NCBI GenBank assembly: GCA_036845085.1
Contig: DAIUEN010000004.1
Span: 1-26,353, forward strand
Origin: Candidatus Nanopusillus sp.
Lineage (GTDB): Archaea > Nanobdellota > Nanobdellia > Nanobdellales > Nanobdellaceae
Length of the DNA: 26,353 bases
Direction of reading: 5' to 3'
This document shows positions 1-8,052 of this stretch, in pieces (the stretch's first letter is position 1; every line of letters starts with the position of its first letter). The notes under the pieces are model-generated. The model ran no database searches. It worked only from the letters and a program-made list of their open reading frames with translations, and had not been told where the DNA came from. Position numbers and translations under genes: made by a program.

Positions 1-136
1 TTATATTATAATCTCCAAATATAGTATCTTTTGTAACAAATAGTATTCTTTCATAAATTATAAATGGATTTTTCCTATGTTCCCGTTCTATTAAATTTAT
101 AATTTTTTTTATATCTACTTTTTCTTCAAGACTCAT
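1..136 (-). CDS. hypothetical protein, N-terminal part only (runs off window start)
   Basis: ATG at 136..134 opens a frame that stays open to base 1 (MSLEEKVDIKKIINLIEREHRKNPFIIYERILFVTKDTIFGDYNI...). It is divergent from the mutase gene. No recognisable motif. Confidence 0.3.
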   Translation of the reverse strand, partial: MSLEEKVDIKKIINLIEREHRKNPFIIYERILFVTKDTIFGDYNI

Positions 137-196
137 AAATTATTTTTGTTAGAATCATTATTTAAAATTTATTACCTTGAGATAGTAGTTTAATTA

Positions 197-204
197 TTTA
201 TAAT
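197..204 (+). promoter_or_regulatory. TATA-box-like element upstream of the mutase ATG
   Basis: TTTATAAT is centred about 27 nt upstream of ATG 228. The same spacing recurs upstream of several other genes in this window. It argues against the TTG 204 start in the ORF track. Confidence 0.35.
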
Positions 205-227
205 TGTATAAGTTCTATCCTTTATTT

Positions 228-1520
228 ATGGGGGTTTTTAAGTTATATGATATTCGAGGCATATATGGTATAGAACTAACAGATGAATTAGTATTCAAAA
301 TTGGTTTAGCTTTGGGGAAATTTTTTGAAAATTATGAAACTATTGGAATAGTTAGAGATATAAGATTATATTCTGAAAGAATGAGAAATATTTTAGTATC
401 AGCATTAACCCACACTCATAATATTTTAGACTTTGGTTTAGGTTCAACCCCTGAAGCACATTATTTAGCAAAGGTATATAATATGCCAGTACTAATGATT
501 ACAGCATCTCATAGCCCTAAAGAATATGATGGAATAAAGATGATAAAACCTACTGGATTAGATGTAGAACCAGAAGAAGTTAAATTAATTGAAAAATTAG
601 TAAATAATGTAAAAGTTCCTTCTGATAAAGTAGGAATAGTTGAAGAAGAAAAATCAGCAATAGAAATTTATATTTGGTATATGAGAAAGAGATTCAGGAA
701 TGTTAAAGGATATAGAATAGGTTATGATCCTTCAAATTCTGTTATGGTTCTAATGAAAGAAATCTTGACAGATTTGGGAAATGAAGTAATAGTAATCAAT
801 GGAAAATTAGACGGCAATTTTCCTGCACATAATCCTGATCCTGCAGATCCTAAAAATGTACAACAACTACAGAATTTAGTTAAGGATAAAAAGTTAGATT
901 TTGGATTTATTTTTGATGGAGATGGTGACAGATTGGGAATAGTAGATTCTAATGGTAATTTATTTACTATGGATAAATATATAATGCCTTTTATTAAAAA
1001 AGAAAAGAAGTATATACTAGAAATATCTTTGCCTATATATTTAAGGACTTTGATCAAACAAGAGGGCGGGGAAGCTATCTTATCTAGACCTGGTCATTCT
1101 TATATCATAAATGAATGTTTGCGTAATAATGCATATTTAGGAATAGAAATTACTGGTCATATATATCATGCAGATAATGGATATATAGATGATGCTCTTT
1201 ATGCTGGTCTAAAATTAATAAAGTACTTCAAAGAGAAAAATATGTGGTTTGAAGATATAAAAGTTCCTGAATATAAATTCTTAAAGCTGAATGTTGAAAT
1301 GAAGGAAGATTGGATAAAAAAAGGATATTTATACGCAGAAAAATATAACTATGAAATAAATACACTAAATAACACTTTAGATGGAGTTGAATTATTGAAG
1401 GAAAATAAGAGGAGAATACTCATTAGATATGCACAGACTGAGCCATATTATAGAGTAGAGGTAGAAACATATGATAATGAGGATCCTAATAGGATATATG
1501 AAGAAATACTTAAAATTTAA
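228..1520 (+). CDS. phosphoglucomutase/phosphomannomutase-family phosphohexomutase (GlmM/PMM-like)
   Basis: All four alpha-D-phosphohexomutase signature loops are present: catalytic Ser loop ITASHSPKEYDGIK, metal loop FDGDGDR, sugar loop GIEITGH and phosphate loop RYAQTEP. I prefer the in-frame ATG 228 over TTG 204. Confidence 0.85.
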   Translation: MGVFKLYDIRGIYGIELTDELVFKIGLALGKFFENYETIGIVRDIRLYSERMRNILVSALTHTHNILDFGLGSTPEAHYLAKVYNMPVLMITASHSPKEYDGIKMIKPTGLDVEPEEVKLIEKLVNNVKVPSDKVGIVEEEKSAIEIYIWYMRKRFRNVKGYRIGYDPSNSVMVLMKEILTDLGNEVIVINGKLDGNFPAHNPDPADPKNVQQLQNLVKDKKLDFGFIFDGDGDRLGIVDSNGNLFTMDKYIMPFIKKEKKYILEISLPIYLRTLIKQEGGEAILSRPGHSYIINECLRNNAYLGIEITGHIYHADNGYIDDALYAGLKLIKYFKEKNMWFEDIKVPEYKFLKLNVEMKEDWIKKGYLYAEKYNYEINTLNNTLDGVELLKENKRRILIRYAQTEPYYRVEVETYDNEDPNRIYEEILKI

Positions 1521-1846
1521 TATTTTTTAGATAACTCTAAAGCTCTTATTTTTACTAAATTTTCTATTCGTTCTAGTAACATTTTTTCTGCAATTTTATA
1601 TTTATACTCTATATTTTTATATATTATATAAGCTTCCGAATAATTGCCTTCTTTTACAAGTTCGTAAAATTTCTCTTTTTCTTTTAAAATATCATTTATT
1701 ATTTCTTTTATGTCATCATATCTTAAAGATATTAAAATCATGGCTTTTGCATTTATATCATTGCTTCTATCAAATATTTTCTTTGCATACATTAAATATA
1801 ATTGTAGATACAACTTTATGGTGGTTATCATATCGTCAATCTTCAT
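1517..1846 (-). CDS. hypothetical small helical protein (109 aa)
   Basis: Clean ORF filling the gap between the mutase and TyrRS genes. Its stop overlaps the mutase stop convergently by 4 nt. K/E/I-rich predicted helices, no motif recognised. Confidence 0.5.
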   Translation of the reverse strand: MKIDDMITTIKLYLQLYLMYAKKIFDRSNDINAKAMILISLRYDDIKEIINDILKEKEKFYELVKEGNYSEAYIIYKNIEYKYKIAEKMLLERIENLVKIRALELSKKY

Positions 1847-1921
1847 TAATAAACATTAAAAGAAAAATTTATAAAAAGTATTATTTAAAAGTAGTTATAA
1901 ATATTTAAAAAATCAAAATTA

Positions 1922-3193
1922 TTACCTAGTAATTTTTAGGTTGTCCAACTCTTCTTTATATTTTTTTCCAGGTCCTTCTGTAAAGTACTTGTATATAGGA
2001 CTTAATTTTTCTATAAACCAATTTGCTACAGCTTCTTTAAGATCTAGTGGATGTATTTTTCCATCTATCCAATCCTTTCTTAGATCCCAAAGAGTAGTAT
2101 ATATTTTTCTTTCTCCAGTTTTTTTATTTATTATTTCAAATTCTATTTCTTTAAATCCTTCTTTAAATAATTTATTATCATATTTGTCTAACTTTTTATA
2201 TATATTTTCCCAATCAATTTTATTAGAGTCTTTCATCTTTTCATATTCTTCATAATTATTTATTTCTATTTTTTCTCCAAGATCTTTTAATATTTTTATA
2301 ATACCGTAATTCTCTTGTTCTCTAAATATTATATATTCTAATAATTCCCATATTGGGTTAAATTTTGTTTCTCTTTGAGGACAAAAAGCTTCTATAATTT
2401 TTTTCTTTATTTCTTCTTCAGAATCATGTACAAATAGTGCAGAACCTGGTATAGATTTTGACATTTTTAATTCGGATAATTCTTGTTTTGCTTCCTTTTC
2501 ATTACCCTCTTTTAATTTTTGGAATATTTCATAAGGTAATTTTAAATTAGTTATTAACTGATGATGCAATGCAATAAGATCATAATCTATTTTGCTTGCA
2601 TATTCTAAAGCTATTACATGAGCTTTTCTCTGATCTATACCAGCATGTGCTATATTTATTTTTTGAAAAATAATATCTGCTGCTTGCATAATAGGATATA
2701 TCAAATACGCTGAAGGTATGGATTCATCATACTTTCTACCCATTATTGTTATTGATCTTAAAACTCTATTTAATGTTGTTTCTTTGGCTATTTTTATTAC
2801 TTCAGACCAATAATTATTATCATATATTTCAGATGCTAGCACAAATTTAACTTTATTAGGATTTCCCCCCAAAGCTTCTATAGATTTTTTCATAGCTTCT
2901 TTGAAATATCCGTTAGCTATTTTCTTTATGTTATTAGGATCTCCTCCCAATTTATTATTTATTACAGAATGCCAATCTGCTAAAAACACACTTACTTCCC
3001 CAAATTTTGATATATCAATTATTTTACATCCAGAAACTATTCCAGTTCCTATATGGACATATCCTGATATTTCATATCCTATGTAATGTCTAAATCCTAT
3101 ACCTTTGTCTATAATATTTCTTACCTTACTTTCATTTAATACTTCTATTGAAGGCTTTTTCCATAATAGAATTTGTATTTCTTCAATACCGAT
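1922..3193 (-). CDS. tyrS: tyrosyl-tRNA synthetase (class I aaRS), start uncertain
   Basis: KMSKS loop (SELKMSKSIPG), YPIMQAAD, and C-terminal HPLDLKEAVANWFIEKLSPI all resemble archaeal TyrRS. The HIGH-type motif (GYEISGYVHIGTG) lies upstream of the GTG 2989 start in the ORF track. The frame stays open to 3193. See the finding on the start codon. Confidence 0.85.
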   Translation of the reverse strand: MGIEEIQILLWKKPSIEVLNESKVRNIIDKGIGFRHYIGYEISGYVHIGTGIVSGCKIIDISKFGEVSVFLADWHSVINNKLGGDPNNIKKIANGYFKEAMKKSIEALGGNPNKVKFVLASEIYDNNYWSEVIKIAKETTLNRVLRSITIMGRKYDESIPSAYLIYPIMQAADIIFQKINIAHAGIDQRKAHVIALEYASKIDYDLIALHHQLITNLKLPYEIFQKLKEGNEKEAKQELSELKMSKSIPGSALFVHDSEEEIKKKIIEAFCPQRETKFNPIWELLEYIIFREQENYGIIKILKDLGEKIEINNYEEYEKMKDSNKIDWENIYKKLDKYDNKLFKEGFKEIEFEIINKKTGERKIYTTLWDLRKDWIDGKIHPLDLKEAVANWFIEKLSPIYKYFTEGPGKKYKEELDNLKITR

Positions 3194-3220
3194 TCATAAG
3201 GTAGATTATCTATATTAAAT

Positions 3221-3228
3221 TTTATAAA
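3221..3228 (-). promoter_or_regulatory. TATA-box-like element upstream of the tyrS ATG(3197)
   Basis: Palindromic TTTATAAA centred about 27 nt upstream of ATG 3197..3195, overlapping the arlI stop codon. Confidence 0.35.
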
Positions 3229-4898
3229 TTAAAAGGTAATGCCTTTAAACCACCCTCATAATATTTCTTTATTACACTATATACTTCAAAGAAATCGAAT
3301 ATTTTTTCTTCAACCATTTTCTTTAATATTTTAGCCCTCAAGTTTAATATAGAATATATCTGTCTTTTATCACTTAATCTCATCAGAGGCGCAATTTTAT
3401 TTTCAAGTATATAACTATTATATAAACCAGAGAATATGTGTTTATCTCTTATACTATCCCAATAAAATACTTTTCTTACAGAAACTCTTTTTAATTCGTT
3501 AACGTATTTTTCTATTTCAAATATAGAAGTAATTCTTCTTTCAATTTTACCCTTTATAATTACAGAGCTAGTAAATACTGCTATATTCAAGTTATCTATA
3601 TATTGTATTGGTATATTTATTGGCTCTCCTGTAAGTCTTTCTATTAATTGTGTTATATTTCCAGAGTGAAATGTTGTCATTACAGGATGACCTGTTTGCA
3701 TAGCCTGAAAAGCTACATAACCTTCTTTTCCTCTAATTTCTCCTACTAATATATAGTTAGGCCTAGATCTCAGTGCTGCTTTAAGTAAATCATACATTTC
3801 TACATCAGAAGATTTACCAACTTGTCTTGTTACGAGTCTTTGCCATATTGGATGTGGTAGATTTAATTCTGGAGTATCTTCTACAGAATATACTTTCCAG
3901 TCATATCTTATAAAAGTTGTTAGTGCATTCAGTAATGTTGTTTTTCCAGAAGCAGTCTCTCCAGAAACAATTATATTCATTCCATTTTCTATAGCCAACC
4001 ATAAGTATGCAGCTTCTTCTGGAGATATAGTACCATATGATATTAGCTGAGTAATAGATAGCGGTTTAGCTGAGAATTTCCTAATAGTAAATGAAGATCC
4101 ATGTAAAGATATATCTTTACCAAATATGAAGTTAACTCTAGATCCATCTGGAAGTATTGCATCTACTATTGGTCTAGCTTCTGATACAGGTCTATCTACT
4201 ATTTCAGAATATTTTATTATGAATCTATCTAGTTCTACTTCATCTTTAAATTGCATATTTGTTTTTACCATTCCAAATATCTTATGTACTACATATATTG
4301 GACCTACTCCTAATATATGTACATCTTCTAAGTAAGGATCTCTTATCAGAGGTTCTAATTTTCCATATCCAAATCTTTCTCTTATTAAGAAATATAATAG
4401 TTTATTGTATTCTTTTTCATCTTTAATTAATACTTTTTCAGAAAATAAAGGTTTTTTCTTTATTGCTACCACTTTATTATACAATTCCAAAATTTTGTTC
4501 TTTATTTCTTCATTGTTTTTTATATCAATATTTTCAATGGCATATTTTACTATTAATTTTTGTATTTTTTCTAATTTTTCTTTTTCTTCAGATGATAATT
4601 GTGGTTCTATAGCATTATAATATATTCCTTCGCCAGGGAGTTTATATATTCCTATAAAAATAGGATCTCCCACTGGGTATATTATGTTAAAATATTCTTT
4701 ATCTCTATAAGATCTATCTAATTCTATTATCCAAGTAGGAGTGCCTATTTTTGATGATACTTCTTCAACATATATTCTTAAATGCTCAAACTTTTCTATA
4801 GCCTCATCAAAATTTTTTGTAATATTATATATTAATGTAGGTTTATCTCTTGTATTTATAACATATTCTTTTTGTTTCAATATTTGCTCCTCAGGCAT
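3222..4898 (-). CDS. arlI: archaellum assembly/motor ATPase ArlI (FlaI), type II/IV secretion ATPase family
   Basis: Walker A IVSGETASGKTTLLNAL, Walker B/Asp box region YSVEDTPEL, His box GHPVMTTFH. Size is 558 aa and it lies directly downstream of arlH with a 1-nt overlap. Confidence 0.9.
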   Translation of the reverse strand: MPEEQILKQKEYVINTRDKPTLIYNITKNFDEAIEKFEHLRIYVEEVSSKIGTPTWIIELDRSYRDKEYFNIIYPVGDPIFIGIYKLPGEGIYYNAIEPQLSSEEKEKLEKIQKLIVKYAIENIDIKNNEEIKNKILELYNKVVAIKKKPLFSEKVLIKDEKEYNKLLYFLIRERFGYGKLEPLIRDPYLEDVHILGVGPIYVVHKIFGMVKTNMQFKDEVELDRFIIKYSEIVDRPVSEARPIVDAILPDGSRVNFIFGKDISLHGSSFTIRKFSAKPLSITQLISYGTISPEEAAYLWLAIENGMNIIVSGETASGKTTLLNALTTFIRYDWKVYSVEDTPELNLPHPIWQRLVTRQVGKSSDVEMYDLLKAALRSRPNYILVGEIRGKEGYVAFQAMQTGHPVMTTFHSGNITQLIERLTGEPINIPIQYIDNLNIAVFTSSVIIKGKIERRITSIFEIEKYVNELKRVSVRKVFYWDSIRDKHIFSGLYNSYILENKIAPLMRLSDKRQIYSILNLRAKILKKMVEEKIFDFFEVYSVIKKYYEGGLKALPFNL

Positions 4899-5599
4899 TA
4901 TACTAATGAAGATACTTCCACAATTAATCCTATACCAGGTTCTACTCTAAATGGTATTACTGTTGAATAAAGTGATTGCGGATATCTAAATCTTTTTACC
5001 TCAATATATCTTATCATACTTTCCCCTAATGTACTTATTTTTATCATTAAATAAATATCTGAAACTCTCCTTATATTTTCTAAAAAGAATTTATTTATCT
5101 CTTTTGGGTTATATGTTATTAATATAGTTTTATCCATATTTTTTATTTTATATAAGAAATCTATAATTTCTATTGCTTTTTTTCTATCGATACCGTTAAT
5201 TAAAGGATAAGATAAAGAATCTATTATTATAATATCTTTTTCAAATATTTTTCTAGATTTTTCTTTCTTAAGCTCAAATATAAGATCTTCCCCTTCCTTT
5301 ATTTTTCCAAATAATGTTAAAGTTGGTATAAATAGCAAAGAACCAGATAATAGATAATCTTCTATATGATATCCTAAAGAGTTCATTTGTCTTATAAAAT
5401 CTACTACTGATAGTTCTGTGGATATATATGTTACAGAATGACCGTTATACAAAGCGCCATATAGTATTCTTTGAGAAATAATACTTTTTCCAAATCCTTC
5501 GCTACCTTCAATTATACCTACTACGCCTTTTGGTATTCCTCCACCTAATTTTAGTCCAAAGTCATCTTTTTCTATATTTATATTTATATATTCGGTCAT
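4898..5599 (-). CDS. arlH: archaellum protein ArlH (FlaH), KaiC/RecA-like ATP-binding protein
   Basis: LGGGIPKGVVGIIEGSEGFGKSIISQRILYGALYNGHSVTYISTE matches the RecA/KaiC-type P-loop N-terminus typical of FlaH. Size is 233 aa and it sits immediately upstream of arlI. Confidence 0.85.
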   Translation of the reverse strand: MTEYININIEKDDFGLKLGGGIPKGVVGIIEGSEGFGKSIISQRILYGALYNGHSVTYISTELSVVDFIRQMNSLGYHIEDYLLSGSLLFIPTLTLFGKIKEGEDLIFELKKEKSRKIFEKDIIIIDSLSYPLINGIDRKKAIEIIDFLYKIKNMDKTILITYNPKEINKFFLENIRRVSDIYLMIKISTLGESMIRYIEVKRFRYPQSLYSTVIPFRVEPGIGLIVEVSSLV

Positions 5600-5961
5600 G
5601 GTTTTACATTAATTTCTTGATTATTACAGAAATGTACATTTATTGTATCATCAGCCTTTACAGGTTCATATATTTCTACTTTAATTATATTGGAGTTCTC
5701 TAATACATAAGTAAAGTTTATGTCTTTACCATTTACTTTCACAGAATATATACATACTTCTTTTAATTTATCTTTAGTCAGTATATATAATACAGATACA
5801 TCATTACTCGTAGATACAGTGCTATATAATATATTGTAATATGAAATGTCATCCAAACTTTCTAGTATTGCTTTTCCGGTGTTATAATTGTTAAAGAATA
5901 AATATAATACTAAGAATCCTCCAATAAACATAGAAATTAGGATAATTATTTCTTTATTCAT
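5596..5961 (-). CDS. ArlF/ArlG (FlaF/FlaG)-like small archaellum protein
   Basis: 121 aa with a single N-terminal TM helix (IIILISMFIGGFLVLYLFF) followed by a beta-rich domain. It overlaps arlH by 4 nt and sits in the slot FlaF/FlaG occupy. The call rests on context and architecture, not on a motif. Confidence 0.45.
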   Translation of the reverse strand: MNKEIIILISMFIGGFLVLYLFFNNYNTGKAILESLDDISYYNILYSTVSTSNDVSVLYILTKDKLKEVCIYSVKVNGKDINFTYVLENSNIIKVEIYEPVKADDTINVHFCNNQEINVKP

Positions 5962-6694
5962 TTTTTACTTTAATAGGATTTATGTATCCTCTTTCTATTA
6001 ACTCTTTGTATATATCCTTTATCTTTTCTATAGGTGTTTTTTCATCTATAGTAGCTAATTTAGTTATTATATATAAACTTACTAAGTGATCTTGCGGTGT
6101 AAGCTTTTTATTTTCCGATCCATATCCATCTATCAATTTTAAATATTCTTTTAATTTTATATTTACTTTTTCGGATATCCATTCTATATCGGTATAATAA
6201 TCTAAAGCTTTTTCCGTTTCTGATATATTGGACTTAGAAACCAAATAAGCCAACCATCCTATTATTATTGATGCTACTCTAGGTTCATTTTTTAATTCTT
6301 GCAAAGGTAGTATCTTATTATTTTTTTCGTGGTTAGTTTCATTTACTTGTTTTTCTTCTTGAATTTTTATATTTTTAATTTGTTCTTCTTCAATAAAAGG
6401 GTTGTAATTCTTTATTAGTACTTCATATATAGAAAACATTTTTTCTATAGAATTTTTCATGTTTGTAATTTCTTCTTGATGATTCTGTACTTTAGAATTT
6501 AAATCATCTACGCTTTGTGATATTTCAGAAACTCTTGTTTTAATTTCGTTAATGTCTTTTGATAAATTTGAAATGGATTCTACTAATATTTTTATCTGTT
6601 CATTAATATTAGAATATGATTCTTGTGGTTTTGTCATCTCTTTGATTTGTTTATCATTATTGGTATTTTTTTTGAAAAAGTTAAATAGTACCAT
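5954..6694 (-). CDS. ArlD/E (FlaD/E)-like coiled-coil archaellum accessory protein
   Basis: Long heptad-like central region (INEQIKILVESISNLSKDINEIKTRVSEISQSVDDLNSKVQNHQEEITNMKNSIEK). The C-terminal block IIIGWLAYLVSKSNISETEKALDYYTDIEWISEKV resembles the conserved FlaD/E C-terminal domain. First gene of the cluster. I prefer ATG 6694; the ORF track extends to TTG 6742. Confidence 0.45.
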   Translation of the reverse strand: MVLFNFFKKNTNNDKQIKEMTKPQESYSNINEQIKILVESISNLSKDINEIKTRVSEISQSVDDLNSKVQNHQEEITNMKNSIEKMFSIYEVLIKNYNPFIEEEQIKNIKIQEEKQVNETNHEKNNKILPLQELKNEPRVASIIIGWLAYLVSKSNISETEKALDYYTDIEWISEKVNIKLKEYLKLIDGYGSENKKLTPQDHLVSLYIITKLATIDEKTPIEKIKDIYKELIERGYINPIKVKNE

Positions 6695-6757
6695 ATTTTT
6701 CAAATATATACCTTGGATGTTAAAAATATTCTCATTAATCAATTTCGATATTCATAA

Positions 6758-6767
6758 TTTATAAATA
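6758..6767 (+). promoter_or_regulatory. TATA-box-like element upstream of aIF6
   Basis: TTTATAAATA centred about 26 nt upstream of ATG 6789, in the divergent gap shared with the archaellum cluster. Confidence 0.35.
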
Positions 6768-6788
6768 ATTCTATATTATATTTTCAAA

Positions 6789-7400
6789 ATGATTGTAAGA
6801 AAAATAGATGCAATACCTTCGATAGGATTATATTTTCACCTATTCGAAGACTTCATGATAAGAAATGAAAAGATATATATAAAAGACATTGACATCATGG
6901 AATATGAAATAAAAGTAGATATAATAACTCCATATATTTTAGAATTTGGAGACAATATAATTGTTAGTAAAAATACTCCAGTAGAATTGTTGAATATATT
7001 AAAGAAGCATTTCGATGTTATAGAAGTAAATACTGTATCTAACTTACTTGGAAATTTATTTATAATTGGAAAAGATTATATATTATATTCATATGCAAGA
7101 AAACAAGATATAGAATTACTTGAAAAAGTTACTGGATTAAAAAGTATAAGAATAAAATCAAGATTTCTAATTGGAAGTATATCTAAATTATACAAGGATA
7201 AGCTTTTGGTATCTCAAGAATTGTCAGATGAAGTTATAAATAAGATAGCAGAATATTCTGGATATAATGTTGGAATAGGCTCTGTAAATTTTGGTAGTCC
7301 TTACTTAAGGTATGGTATAGAAATAAATAAAAATTATTTATTTGTTGGGAAGAATACTACAGGTCACGAAATTGTTAATATACAGAACTTTTTTAGCTAG
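6789..7400 (+). CDS. eif6: translation initiation factor 6 (aIF6)
   Basis: 203 aa. N-terminal MIVRKIDAIPSIGLY and C-terminal GKNTTGHEIVNIQNFF match the aIF6 pattern (compare ...GGDTTGPELLIIEDAL in methanogen aIF6). The repetitive pseudo-fivefold organisation is consistent. Neighbours rplX and pfdA as in most archaea. Confidence 0.8.
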   Translation: MIVRKIDAIPSIGLYFHLFEDFMIRNEKIYIKDIDIMEYEIKVDIITPYILEFGDNIIVSKNTPVELLNILKKHFDVIEVNTVSNLLGNLFIIGKDYILYSYARKQDIELLEKVTGLKSIRIKSRFLIGSISKLYKDKLLVSQELSDEVINKIAEYSGYNVGIGSVNFGSPYLRYGIEINKNYLFVGKNTTGHEIVNIQNFFS

Positions 7401-7728
7401 ATAGATTATCAAATTTATTTAATTTATCGTCTATCTCTTTTATTCTATCTTCAATCTTTTTTATGTTTTCATCTAATATTTTTAGCAAATCTTCTTTACT
7501 TTTTTCTATATATACATTATTTCCCACATTTACTAGAAATTTCTGATCATCTATTATAGAACCTTTAAAAAATATTCCTTCACCTAGTTTTATATATGTT
7601 TCGTTTACTTTTTTAAATTCTGATAATATTTTTTTTAGGTATTCTAATTCTATTAGTTTTTCGCTTAATAATCTTCTTTCTTCTATTAGATACTCTTTTA
7701 TTGCTTTAATTTTTTCTTTTTCAGACAT
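7393..7728 (-). CDS. pfdA: prefoldin alpha-type subunit
   Basis: Coiled coil, then double beta-hairpin (IKLGEGIFFKGSIIDDQKFLVNVGNNVYIEKSKEDL), then coiled coil. It follows rplX with an 8-nt overlap, the conserved archaeal rplX-pfdA pairing. Confidence 0.65.
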   Translation of the reverse strand: MSEKEKIKAIKEYLIEERRLLSEKLIELEYLKKILSEFKKVNETYIKLGEGIFFKGSIIDDQKFLVNVGNNVYIEKSKEDLLKILDENIKKIEDRIKEIDDKLNKFDNLSS

Positions 7729-8020
7729 TATTTAAATTTTTTATATATTCTAACATTTTTTTCAAACTCATATCCGTTATTTCTCCTTCTTTTATTTCTT
7801 TTATTTCTAATATTTTTATTTTATTTCGTTTTACTTTATAATTGCTCCCAAATATAGAATATATTCTTTCAATAACATCTTTTTCATTCACTCCCAATAT
7901 TTCTTTAGAAAATTTATATATTACCCTTCTTTTTGTTATTACTCCCTCTTTTTTTCTTGGATATCTTAGTATTTTTACTTTTTCTATAACTCCAGATACT
8001 CTATATATTTTAACATTCAT
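7721..8020 (-). CDS. rplX: 50S ribosomal protein LX (eL20/L18Ae family)
   Basis: MNVKIYRVSG... and IYSIFGSNYKVKRNKIKILEIKEI match the LX signature (...ELGSKHKVKR..I.I.EV.EI). Size is about 99 aa. Confidence 0.75.
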   Translation of the reverse strand: MNVKIYRVSGVIEKVKILRYPRKKEGVITKRRVIYKFSKEILGVNEKDVIERIYSIFGSNYKVKRNKIKILEIKEIKEGEITDMSLKKMLEYIKNLNNV

Positions 8021-8052
8021 TTAAAGTTATTTTTCAAAAAAATTTAATAAAT

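Noticed and set aside
722-1057. Antisense or shadow ORFs in the six-frame track: 722..1057, 1941..2255, 2901..3086, 4126..4335, 4405..4620, 4741..4950, 6552..6764, 7842..8024, 8102..8290, 11537..11740, 15260..15472, 15841..16071, 19200..19676, 19321..19530, 19785..20015, 20738..21022, 23184..23375 and 24809..24994.
   Set aside because: Each lies entirely opposite a longer ORF with strong family motifs. Their translations are low-complexity F/L/S/I-rich strings, as expected from reading the complement of K/E/I/N-rich genes in AT-rich DNA. None has a motif or a plausible promoter.
3194-3196. The in-frame TGA upstream of the TyrRS HIGH region, considered as evidence for stop-codon reassignment.
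   Set aside because: Other genes in the window have sensible lengths under the standard code. The TGA also serves as a stop for the small membrane ORF at 19423..19425. A 1-nt indel or a non-canonical start explains the locus more simply.
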